From the NCBI GenBank assembly GCA_019058315.1, contig JAHPZH010000003.1:492451-556450 (forward strand): a DNA stretch of 64,000 nt, written 5' to 3'. Under the pieces are notes generated by a model. That model ran no database searches. It was not told where the DNA came from and saw only the letters and a list, made by a program, of their open reading frames with translations. This DNA comes from Candidatus Helarchaeota archaeon. Lineage in GTDB: Archaea > Asgardarchaeota > Lokiarchaeia > Helarchaeales > RDOG01. How positions within the stretch are numbered: position 1 is the first letter of the stretch; every line of letters begins with the position of its first letter. A program made the position numbers and the translations under genes. Positions 30,728 to 39,982 of this stretch are shown in pieces.

Positions 30728-31543
30728 TTGGTGATAAGTGTGAAAAAGACTCCATTAATAATCTTCTGCATCGGTTACGTTGTAGTATTACTTGTTCAAT
30801 TTGCGCTTCTCCGAAACCTAAATGCAGACCTTGCAACATTTATACCAGGACCAGCTTTTACCGACTTTCTTATTATAGCAACTTTGCAGCCGTTATATAT
30901 TGTAGGGTTATATTACTTAGTTGCATATCCAATGTCACAGGTCTATTATTGGCTCCATGATTTGATATCCTTCTTTAAATATGAGTATAAGAAAACTGAA
31001 CTCGGCACTGAATATTCAACATTTTCATATTTAGCAAGATTGGCAGTTCCAGCATTGTTGTGTTACTCTCTATTGTTCTTATTTATAGATTTTATAATGC
31101 CCTCTGGGTTGTTTACAGTTAGTAGAGAGAATTTTCTTATTCCAATAATTACATTAAATTTTCTACTGCTACCCCTGTCTTGCTTAATTGTCAGTGGCAC
31201 GTGGATATTGGATGATATAGGTGTTATTTGTCATCTAAAACCGAAGTATTATGATGATCGGAAACCTCCAGTTATCGAAGGTGTAGGAAGGTTCTGGGGA
31301 TCGACATGGAGCGGTCTCATTGGTTACACCACTCCAATCGGAATTGCTGTACAAATATATCGGTCAATGGTTTTAGCTATTCCAATTCAACAAACAATTA
31401 CTTTGATCTTACTACCTTTGGTTCTAATCTGCATGTTTATACCGATCGTCTTAATTCATGATGAAAGAATAGAAGAATATAAAAAGAAATTCTTCGAAAA
31501 GTGGGACTTAGAAGCTGTTCCGAAATCTAAATTAGAAATTTAA
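30728..31543 (+). CDS. Hypothetical multi-pass membrane protein
   Basis: About 6 hydrophobic helices; probable start GTG 30740 after GGTGAT. Confidence 0.75.
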   Translation: MVISVKKTPLIIFCIGYVVVLLVQFALLRNLNADLATFIPGPAFTDFLIIATLQPLYIVGLYYLVAYPMSQVYYWLHDLISFFKYEYKKTELGTEYSTFSYLARLAVPALLCYSLLFLFIDFIMPSGLFTVSRENFLIPIITLNFLLLPLSCLIVSGTWILDDIGVICHLKPKYYDDRKPPVIEGVGRFWGSTWSGLIGYTTPIGIAVQIYRSMVLAIPIQQTITLILLPLVLICMFIPIVLIHDERIEEYKKKFFEKWDLEAVPKSKLEI

Positions 31544-32015
31544 AAATTTTTTTATTTTTTTCTTTCCATTTTTTACTAAATTTAATTGTGTCCTAATACT
31601 GCTTTTATCCCTTTATGGTATATTTCCTGGTCCTCCCTTTTTAAGGGTTATAGACTAAATTTAACCGATTTTTTTTTTCGATCAAAAGAAGAAAATAAAG
31701 AAGTGTTTTCATGTTGTGTATATTTGTGCATATTTGATCATATTTAATTAGAAATATATATTGGGATAAGATTTCTGTAATAGTTAATACATTTATAGGA
31801 GAGATTTTTATAAGAGAACATAAAATTTCTTTATTATTTACAAAAGCTTTAAAATGACCCCAATACTTAAATAGTAATGACAAAAAAAATTGAATAATAT
31901 TCGATGTTATATATAAACCCCTTGGATAATATTCAGTTTTTTATAAATAGATTTTTTTTAATACTAAAGGATTAATTAAATCCTTCAAATAAACTAAAAT
32001 AGAAGGCAATATAAT

Positions 32016-32951
32016 TTGACTATTGATAGTAATTCTGTACTTTCAAAGATAGCATGCCCAGAGTGTGGAAATGATTCTAATATAGTTAATGACGATACTC
32101 GTGGCGAAGTTATTTGTGGAAACTGTGGGATTGTAATAAGTGAAAAAATTATTGATCAAGGTCCTGAATGGAGAGCTTTTAATACATTAGAACGCGATAA
32201 ACGTTCAAGAGTAGGATCTCCAATTTCTTATACTATACATGATAAAGGTCTTTCAACTATGATTGACTGGCATGATAAGGATATTTACGGTAAAAAACTG
32301 CCTCCTAAAACCCGAGCACAAGTGTATCGGATGAGGAAGTGGCAAATTCGGACTCGAGTGCATAGCTCTATAGCTAGAAACTTAGCACAAGCTATGACAG
32401 AATTAGATCGTTTATCATCACAATTAGACATTCCAAAAGGAGTTAAAGAGACATCAGCTGTTATGTATCGTAGAGCAATTGAAAGAAGACTTATTAGAGG
32501 ACGTTCTATCGAAGCTATGATTGCAGCCGCAGTATATGCAGCATGTAGACTTAGAAAAGTTCCGAGAACCTTAGATGAACTTGTTAAATATACCCGAGTT
32601 AATAAAAAAGATCTTGGACGTGCTTACCGATTAATGATTCAAAGATTGGGAGTTCAAATTCCTACCTCGAATGCGAAAGATTTCATATCTCGTTTTTGTG
32701 CAGACCTTGAATTATCAGGACGTGTTCAAAAGAAAGCATGTGAGCTTATTGATCAAGCAAGTGCAAAGGCAATAACCGCAGGAAAAGACCCCACAGGGCT
32801 TGCAGCCGCAGCAATTTATATAACAGGAATTCTTGAAGGTGAACGAAGAACCCAAAGACGCATAGCAGAAGTAGCCCATGTTACGGAAGTAACAATAAGA
32901 AACCGATACAAAGAGTTAATCAAAAAATTAAGAATTTTTGTTGAAGTTTAA
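32016..32951 (+). CDS. tfb: Archaeal transcription initiation factor IIB
   Basis: Zn ribbon CPECG..CGNCG, IDQGPEWRAF, HDKGLST, RGRSIEA, GKDPTGLAAAAIY, VTEVTIRNRYKEL. Confidence 0.98.
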   Translation: MTIDSNSVLSKIACPECGNDSNIVNDDTRGEVICGNCGIVISEKIIDQGPEWRAFNTLERDKRSRVGSPISYTIHDKGLSTMIDWHDKDIYGKKLPPKTRAQVYRMRKWQIRTRVHSSIARNLAQAMTELDRLSSQLDIPKGVKETSAVMYRRAIERRLIRGRSIEAMIAAAVYAACRLRKVPRTLDELVKYTRVNKKDLGRAYRLMIQRLGVQIPTSNAKDFISRFCADLELSGRVQKKACELIDQASAKAITAGKDPTGLAAAAIYITGILEGERRTQRRIAEVAHVTEVTIRNRYKELIKKLRIFVEV

Positions 32952-33000
32952 TTCATTTATTTTTATTTTTGCTTTTTTTCCTTATATCTAAAATCATTTT

Positions 33001-33627
33001 CTAGTCAACACTATTTCTAATAGCTAATTTCCAATAGATGTAAAATATCGAACAGAACATCTCTTCCCACCTTGTTGTAGAAAACTCATCAAGAATATAA
33101 TTCTTAGGTTTGAAATGAATTGTTTTTCCATTAGTATATTGAAAATGAACTTCCTTCCATTCATGCTTAATACCTCTATAAAATTCAGTGACTTGGATAA
33201 ATGGCATATCCTCAATATAATCCCATGTGAAACCTTGAACTCCTCCAGTCCATAATTTGTAAACAACTCCGGATGGACCTACTGCAATAAACAGATTTTT
33301 CCTTAAATGTCTGTCAAGACTACCCAATATTAAAACAAATACGGCTAGTCCTAGAGGAATAAATGGAATCCATGTGGGCAGATAACTATTTGTGTTTGAG
33401 TTAATATTAATTATGGAGAACAGGCTTATTAGCCCTATTATAACTAAAAATACACCAAAAATTAGGAGCACATATCCACCAGTACCGACTTTGCCTGGAA
33501 AAACAAAAATTTGTTTTCTCTGAATGGCACCCTTTAAATCTTCTGGAGAATATAATTCTTTAGATTCATAATATCCCGATTTATAATCTTCGTAAGCTTT
33601 AAGAAGTATATTTAATTCCTCACTCAT
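33001..33627 (-). CDS. Hypothetical protein, two TM helices plus soluble beta-rich (PH-like) tail
   Basis: GGAGG upstream of ATG; 2 TM followed by IAVGPSGVVY..FTWDYIE. Confidence 0.7.
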   Translation of the reverse strand: MSEELNILLKAYEDYKSGYYESKELYSPEDLKGAIQRKQIFVFPGKVGTGGYVLLIFGVFLVIIGLISLFSIININSNTNSYLPTWIPFIPLGLAVFVLILGSLDRHLRKNLFIAVGPSGVVYKLWTGGVQGFTWDYIEDMPFIQVTEFYRGIKHEWKEVHFQYTNGKTIHFKPKNYILDEFSTTRWEEMFCSIFYIYWKLAIRNSVD

Positions 33628-33909
33628 GATTTATTTCCTCCTCTTATTTATGAACAATTTATCAAAATTTACTCATAACTTGTTATATGATTTTCTTAAT
33701 GTCTATATATAGTTTTATTTATGTAAATAATAAATCTCAGCTAATTATATTATGATAAGAAGGTAATTATACAAAGATAATCAGCAATAGGAGGGGTTTT
33801 AGAGGAGTTAGGATTATTTGAGCTTATCTTTAATTAAATTTTATGAACGAAACAAGTCATTACATAATTAGAATTAACAAATAAGCTAAACTGTACCCCT
33901 TTTTACATT

Positions 33910-34131
33910 TTATAAGAGATTTTTTCGTTTTATTATTAATATTATACCTGAAATAACCCAAAAAAAACCAAATATTAAAACTACAATAGTAGCAGTAACT
34001 ACATCAAAATTGAGGGGGGGATGAAGAAAAACCCAAAGATAACCCAAAATTATAATTATACCCAAAATTATGAGTCCTGTTCCAAAGATTATATATTTTG
34101 TTGGATCTTTTATCGCTGTATATCTTGACAA
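33910..34131 (-). CDS. Small two-TM membrane protein
   Basis: 73 aa, two hydrophobic helices, GAGG upstream of TTG. Confidence 0.6.
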   Translation of the reverse strand: MSRYTAIKDPTKYIIFGTGLIILGIIIILGYLWVFLHPPLNFDVVTATIVVLIFGFFWVISGIILIIKRKNLL

Positions 34132-34188
34132 GCAGAAAAACCTCTTTTGTTATCTTATTAAATCTTTCTTATAATTATTATATTTATC

Positions 34189-35142
34189 TTATTTAATACT
34201 ATCTTTAATAAGATAATAGCAAAGCGCCCCAAATGCTTTATCCACATTATCCCCCGTTTTTGCAGATGTTTCAAGATACGGCAAATTTAATTTTTTAGCT
34301 AACTTAGCTGCTTTTTCAAAACTTACTTTTCTTTCTAAATCGATCTTATTACCGATAAGCATAATTAGGAATTTATGTTGTAGAGGCGCAGATTCCTTTA
34401 ATTCTTCAAGCCAATTTGAAATATTTTCGAAAGTTTGCGGTCGACTGACATCATAAACTATGACTGCAGAATCTGCACCTTCTAAATAAGTTTTGCGTAT
34501 ATTTTTAAACATTGTCTGACCTGATAAGTCCCAAATATTCAGAATCACAGAGATATTTTCTGAAAGTGTATATGTCTTTTTTTGAATCCCCACACCAATA
34601 GTAGATTTATAATCCTCATCAAATTTTTTCTCTATAAAACGTCTTAATATGCTAGTTTTTCCTACACTTTCAGTACCAAGAATTACTAGTTTAAAGAAAA
34701 AATCAGTTTTTTCCTTCATTTGAGGAAGTTGGAGATCAAGTGAAATATTTGGAACTTCATAATCGATTAATTGTTGGATTTTTTCAGCAACAATATAGGT
34801 CCAAGGGAGGATTTTGTCCGTATCCGAGCCAGGTCTAACTAATGTTATGAGAAAAGCTTTTTTTCCAGCTTGTGTAAAAATTAATTGTCCTTGTTCTGTG
34901 GTGACTATAGCTCCTAAATGACCACCTTCACCTGATAATTCTCTTTTAATCCGATTAGCAGCATTACTTAAAGCACCACTACAAGCAGCAATTGTGAGTT
35001 CTTCCTCCTCTTGAGTAATTGATGAAGCAATAATAAGCCCACTTTTATCCATAATAGCAGCTACTAAAATACTATGAATATTTAAATAATTATCTAAAAG
35101 AATGTTAAGCTTATTACCAAGTGTTTGTTGCACAAAATCCAC
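34189..35142 (-). CDS. Roadblock/LC7 domain fused to a Rab-like small GTPase (copy A)
   Basis: Roadblock AAIMDKSGLIIAS..IAACSGAL; G1 GTESVGKT, G2 YKSTIGV, G3 WDLSGQ, G4 GNKID, G5 ETSAK. Confidence 0.93.
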   Translation of the reverse strand: MDFVQQTLGNKLNILLDNYLNIHSILVAAIMDKSGLIIASSITQEEEELTIAACSGALSNAANRIKRELSGEGGHLGAIVTTEQGQLIFTQAGKKAFLITLVRPGSDTDKILPWTYIVAEKIQQLIDYEVPNISLDLQLPQMKEKTDFFFKLVILGTESVGKTSILRRFIEKKFDEDYKSTIGVGIQKKTYTLSENISVILNIWDLSGQTMFKNIRKTYLEGADSAVIVYDVSRPQTFENISNWLEELKESAPLQHKFLIMLIGNKIDLERKVSFEKAAKLAKKLNLPYLETSAKTGDNVDKAFGALCYYLIKDSIK

Positions 35143-35356
35143 TACTTATTATAAGAATAAATATTGAAGATAAATCAATAATACTTAATTTAAATATTTT
35201 TATAGTTGCCTTTAAGAAATCCTCAATTTAATTATTTAAAGCATTGAGAATCTCTTTAATTTTTATACAAAAATTTGAGAAAATCTCTAATTACTAATAA
35301 AATTAAAAAAAATACTTTTTATTAAAAGATTGAAAATTTAAAATTTTTTAAATTAC

Positions 35357-36289
35357 TTATCTAACACTATCTTTAATCAGGTGATAACAGAGTGCCCCAA
35401 ATGCTTTGTCAACATTATCTCCAGTTTTAGCCGATGTTTCAAGATATGGAATTTTTAGAGCTTTGGAAAAGTTTTTAGCCTCATCGAAACTCACCATTCT
35501 ATCCAAATCGATTTTGTTACCTATTAACATTACGATAAATCTACTTTGTGCTCTCATAGGTTCTTGAAGCTCATCAAGCCAGTGATTAATGTTTTCAAAC
35601 GATGCCGGTCTTGTTACATCATAAACAAGGACTGCAGATTGTGTTCCTTCTAGGTAGGTTTTCCGTATATTTCTGAACATTGCTTGACCCGCTAAATCCC
35701 AGATATTCAAAGTTACTGATACACTATCAGAAAGATCATAAGTTTTATTAAGTATCGAAACCCCAATAGTCGATTTATAATCTTGTTTAAACGATTTTTC
35801 AATAAATCTTCTTATTAAACTGGTCTTACCAACTGCTTCATCCCCGAGAACTACAAGTTTAAAGTTAAATTTTTGTGGATCCGTCATTTTTGGAAGTTCA
35901 AGGGACAGATCTAAATTCTCAAGGTCAATTAATTGTTGAATTTTTTCTGCAACAATATAGGTCCAAGGAAGGATTTTGTCCGTATCAGAGCCAGGTTTTG
36001 CCAAAGTAATGAGTACAGCTTGGTCTCCAGCACGAGTAAAAATAAATTCTCCTTGTTCTGAGGATACTATTGCACCTAAATGGTATCCTCCCGATAATTC
36101 ATCTTTAATTCTTTCTGCTGCTGTAGCTAATGCACCACCACAAGCAGCAATCGTCAGTTCCTCCTCCTCTTTAGTAATAGAAGAAGCCATCATTAACCCA
36201 TCATTGTCAACTATAGCTCCAGCTCTAATATTGGGTATTTTTAGGTAATTTTCTAATAACGTATTTAGTTTATCTCCGAGGGTTGTCAT
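35357..36289 (-). CDS. Roadblock/LC7 domain fused to a Rab-like small GTPase (copy B)
   Basis: Roadblock GAIVDNDGLMMAS; G1 GDEAVGKT, YKSTIGV, WDLAGQ, GNKID, ETSAK; start ATG 36289 behind GGAGG (ORF track 36337). Confidence 0.93.
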   Translation of the reverse strand: MTTLGDKLNTLLENYLKIPNIRAGAIVDNDGLMMASSITKEEEELTIAACGGALATAAERIKDELSGGYHLGAIVSSEQGEFIFTRAGDQAVLITLAKPGSDTDKILPWTYIVAEKIQQLIDLENLDLSLELPKMTDPQKFNFKLVVLGDEAVGKTSLIRRFIEKSFKQDYKSTIGVSILNKTYDLSDSVSVTLNIWDLAGQAMFRNIRKTYLEGTQSAVLVYDVTRPASFENINHWLDELQEPMRAQSRFIVMLIGNKIDLDRMVSFDEAKNFSKALKIPYLETSAKTGDNVDKAFGALCYHLIKDSVR

Positions 36290-36407
36290 TTCAATTTCCT
36301 CCAATTTTTCATTATTAAATTTAATATAAAAATACAAATATTAGTTTAATTTTTTAATTCATCCTCATATATTTTATATTAATAGATTATTGATAGGTTA
36401 GCTACCT

Positions 36408-37472
36408 CTAAATTACTCTCTTAATTCTTAGCAATTTTTTTTTCTGATATTTTTTAAGAATTTCATTTACTTTTATCAAAGGCAAATCAGATTTTTTACA
36501 AATATTTTCGATATTATTTGTTCCATCACATAAACGCAATACTTTTAAATCCAAAAAAGGTAATTTCTGCTTCCCAAGTTTTTTTACTAAGAAAGGTCTC
36601 CTTTGAGCATACTTTTTAGGTTTAGGTTTAATCTCTTTTTTAGTAATATCTTTTGGTGCTGTTTTTTTAGTAGACTTTTCAATCATTTTAAGTAATTCGG
36701 CTTTTTTAGTCGTAACGGAACTTGCTTCACCAGTATCAGGAATATCAACATGATTTATTTGGGTTGCCTCTTCTTCTGATTGAGAATATGCTTCAACCTC
36801 TGTTTGAAGCTCCATCATTTTTGTTAACTCTATCATTTCTTCGCACCATTTTGCCATATCGAATTCCTCTATAGCTTTGAATAAATTTATTGCTTCATTA
36901 AAATGACTTATTGCTTCTTTGTAATACCCTATAGAAAGTGCCCATTCAGCGTTTTCGATAGATTCTTCAATTTTAGCTTTTTTTAACTTTACTTCTGGAG
37001 AGTCAATCTCTTGAATTGCCTGATATTGTTCAGAAGCAAATGTAGCGTCAGAAGTTATAGACAAACCTTTTGCGGTATCTTGAACAATATTATCAATTGC
37101 TAATTCAAATGGTTTCAGTATTAAAACATCTTGGTTACTAAGAGCCTTATCGGCAAAACCTAATTTCACAAAGGAAGTTAAAATATTTCCAAGAAAAATT
37201 TTTGCATCTACCTCATTAAAACCCAAGTCCATTGAAACTGCAATTATAAAGTAATCTGAAATGCTGTAGAAAAATTTTTTGGAGCCCATGGTCACCGCTT
37301 TTACGTAATCCCCACCAGTCACTTCTGCAGAAAAATTAATTATTGCAGTAAGCAGACCACTGAATAAATTAGAGTCTATTTTTTGTGTTTTATCATAATT
37401 TTTATGAATTAAACAGACTCCACTATTCTTATCTATTATCCAAACGTCACCAATCAAAGAGAATAATTCCAT
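36408..37472 (-). CDS. Longin domain + helical hairpin + C-terminal winged helix protein (paralog 1)
   Basis: VWIIDKNSGVCLIHKNY..DSNLFSGLLTAIINFS; KIEESIENAEWAL..AISHF; RPFL..LRLCDGTNNIENICKK..KVNEILKKY. Confidence 0.8.
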   Translation of the reverse strand: MELFSLIGDVWIIDKNSGVCLIHKNYDKTQKIDSNLFSGLLTAIINFSAEVTGGDYVKAVTMGSKKFFYSISDYFIIAVSMDLGFNEVDAKIFLGNILTSFVKLGFADKALSNQDVLILKPFELAIDNIVQDTAKGLSITSDATFASEQYQAIQEIDSPEVKLKKAKIEESIENAEWALSIGYYKEAISHFNEAINLFKAIEEFDMAKWCEEMIELTKMMELQTEVEAYSQSEEEATQINHVDIPDTGEASSVTTKKAELLKMIEKSTKKTAPKDITKKEIKPKPKKYAQRRPFLVKKLGKQKLPFLDLKVLRLCDGTNNIENICKKSDLPLIKVNEILKKYQKKKLLRIKRVI

Positions 37473-37583
37473 TTATTTAGTTATTATAAATTTATTTTAT
37501 TACTGGAATTAATTCTTTTTGGTTTATTATCAAATTAATATTGTAATTCAGATAGGTTATTAACAATATTTTTTGTTAATATG

Positions 37584-38537
37584 CTAAATAGAAGTCTTTT
37601 TATATTCAATGAATTTATTTTTTTGGTACTTTTGCAGTATTTCTTTTACTTTTGTTAAAGATTTATTTGTCAGTTTACAAATTTGTTCAACAGTGCGAGT
37701 TCCATTACATAAACTAAGAATTTCATTATCAATAAAAGGCATTTTCTTTTTACCAAGTTTTTTAATTAATATTGGGGTTTTTTTTGTAATCTCATGTTTT
37801 TCATCAGGAATTGATTGCATTTCTTTTTTTTCTATTTTTGAAAAAGCTTCGATTTCTTCTTCCAACTCCACCATCTTGATTTGCTCAATCATTTCATTAC
37901 ACCAGTTTGCCATATCGAATTCCTCTAGCTCATTAAATAGAGTTATTGCAGTTTTAAAATGGGCAAGTGCATCTTTATAAAAACCTTTACTTAGTGAATG
38001 CTCTGCTTTTTCTATAACCTCTTCAATTTTTGTTTTCTTTAATTTTACATCTTGAGAGTCAATTTCTTGTGCTGCAGGATATTGATCAGACAGATTTTCT
38101 GCAACATTAGGAATTACAGCTAGACTTCTTTTAGTATTTTTAACGATTTTATTAATTGTTATTTCGAAGGGTTTCAATTGTTTAAGATCTTTTTCGGCGT
38201 CTTTAAGAGCTTTATCGGCATAACCTAACTTTATAAATGCGGTTAAAATATTTCCGAGGAAAATTTTTGCATCCACTTCATCATAGCTCGGATCCATTGA
38301 TACTGCAATTATAAAATGATCGGAAATGCTGTAAAAAAATTTTTTGGAGCCCATAGCTACCGCTTTTACATAATCACCCCCAGTAACTTCAGCAGAAAAA
38401 TTTATGATCGCAGTTAGTAGACCACTAAATAAATTAGAATCAATTCTTTGTAATTTATCATAATTCTTATGAATTAAGCAAAGTCCGCTACGTTTATCAA
38501 TAATCCAAACGTCACCAATCAAGAACAATAATCCCAT
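37584..38537 (-). CDS. Longin domain + helical hairpin + C-terminal winged helix protein (paralog 2)
   Basis: Same three-part architecture; TPIL..ILSLCNGTRTVEQICK..KVKEILQKY. Confidence 0.8.
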   Translation of the reverse strand: MGLLFLIGDVWIIDKRSGLCLIHKNYDKLQRIDSNLFSGLLTAIINFSAEVTGGDYVKAVAMGSKKFFYSISDHFIIAVSMDPSYDEVDAKIFLGNILTAFIKLGYADKALKDAEKDLKQLKPFEITINKIVKNTKRSLAVIPNVAENLSDQYPAAQEIDSQDVKLKKTKIEEVIEKAEHSLSKGFYKDALAHFKTAITLFNELEEFDMANWCNEMIEQIKMVELEEEIEAFSKIEKKEMQSIPDEKHEITKKTPILIKKLGKKKMPFIDNEILSLCNGTRTVEQICKLTNKSLTKVKEILQKYQKNKFIEYKKTSI

Positions 38538-38678
38538 TTAATATTTTTAATTAATCTATTTTATTATAAGAATAAAATTCTGATAAATATTTTATGATTA
38601 ATTGAAATTTGAATATAAAAAAGCGAAAATAGAAAATATTAATTTGTATAAATTTTAAATTTAGAAATTCGAATTTTT

Positions 38679-39782
38679 TTATTGAAAAGCTCGTTTCATT
38701 CCAATTAATTTCTTTTTATGATATTTTCGGAGAATTTCACTTACTTTTAATCTGTTTAGTTTAGTTTTTTTACAGATATCATCGACAGTGTGGTTGCCAT
38801 CACATAAAGGGATTACTTTTGAATCTAATAAAGGAAATTTCTTAGCTCCAGTTAGAGGTCTTAATAAATACGGAATCCTTCGAAATTGAACTGAAACATC
38901 TTTCTTTTTTTCTTGTTTAATAGGTTCTACGGGTTTAATTGGTTCTTCAGTTTTAATCGGTTCTTGATAATTAGTGGCTTCTTTAGTTTGAGTAGATTCA
39001 ATAGGTACTGGAGGTGCTTGAAATGGAACGGTAATTTCTTCTATTTTTTCGGGGCTTTTTTTCGTATCAAGTAAGACCGTTTCTCTTACTGGAAAAGGAG
39101 GTAATTTTGCAATGATTTGAGTTTCTTGAGTTTCAAATTGCTTAGCTTTTTCTATCATCTCCGTACACCATTCAGCCATATCATTCTCTCCAAGTTCTCT
39201 GAATAACTCTTCTGCAACGTGAAAGTATATTATAGCGTCCTTATATAGACTGTTTGCTAATGCCCACTCTGCATTCTCAATGGCTTCTTCAATTTTTTGT
39301 TTTTTCATACGAACTTCTGGTGTGTCTGTTTTTTCGGCAAGTTGATATTGTTCATTCAAGAGATCTCCGTAATCTTGCCTGATTGTTAAGATGTTGATTG
39401 CATCTTGAACAATTATATCAATTTGTTGTTCAAATGGTTGAAGTGCTAAGGTATCTTGAGTAGTAAGTGCAATTTCAGAATAACCCATTGTAATAAAAGA
39501 ATTTAAAATATGATCAAGGACTGGTTTTGCGTCAAGCTCATTGAATCGTTCTTCCATAGAAATAGCAATGATGAAATTAGTAGAAACTCTATAGAAAAAT
39601 TTGTTAGACCCCATAGCAACTGATTTTATGAAATCTCCACCTGTTATCTCTTCGGAGAAGTTGATTATGGCCGATAATAAGCCACTGAAGAGGTTGGCAT
39701 CCACCTTCTTCAATCTCCCATAGTTTCTATGTATTAGACACAAGCCTGTCTTTCTTCCTATTACCCAGATGTTTGAAATCAA
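38679..39782 (-). CDS. Longin domain + helical hairpin + C-terminal winged helix protein (paralog 3)
   Basis: IWVIGRKTGLCLIHRNY..DANLFSGLLSAI; Pro/Glu/Lys linker with EPIK x3; IPYL..VIPLCDGNHTVDDICKK. Confidence 0.8.
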   Translation of the reverse strand: MISNIWVIGRKTGLCLIHRNYGRLKKVDANLFSGLLSAIINFSEEITGGDFIKSVAMGSNKFFYRVSTNFIIAISMEERFNELDAKPVLDHILNSFITMGYSEIALTTQDTLALQPFEQQIDIIVQDAINILTIRQDYGDLLNEQYQLAEKTDTPEVRMKKQKIEEAIENAEWALANSLYKDAIIYFHVAEELFRELGENDMAEWCTEMIEKAKQFETQETQIIAKLPPFPVRETVLLDTKKSPEKIEEITVPFQAPPVPIESTQTKEATNYQEPIKTEEPIKPVEPIKQEKKKDVSVQFRRIPYLLRPLTGAKKFPLLDSKVIPLCDGNHTVDDICKKTKLNRLKVSEILRKYHKKKLIGMKRAFQ

Positions 39783-39982
39783 GAATTCAGCCCAATCCCA
39801 TTGAATAAAATATATAATATTATTTATTATATTACTAAAATTAATGTTTTTCGGTTTGTTTTCTTATATTTTTATTATAACAATAATATAACAAAAAGCT
39901 CTCGAATCTCAAAATTGGTATAAAGGAAAAGAGAATAGAATTTAAATTTAATTAATCGAAAGATTAATTTGAGGTTTATTCG

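Noticed and set aside
31641-31883. 80-aa ORF divergent from tfb
   Set aside because: Very AT-rich, no motif or RBS; more likely the tfb promoter region, though not excluded
31905-31950. TATA-like boxes upstream of tfb (TTATATATAAA, TTTATAAA)
   Set aside because: Plausible but indistinguishable from background at this AT content without TSS data
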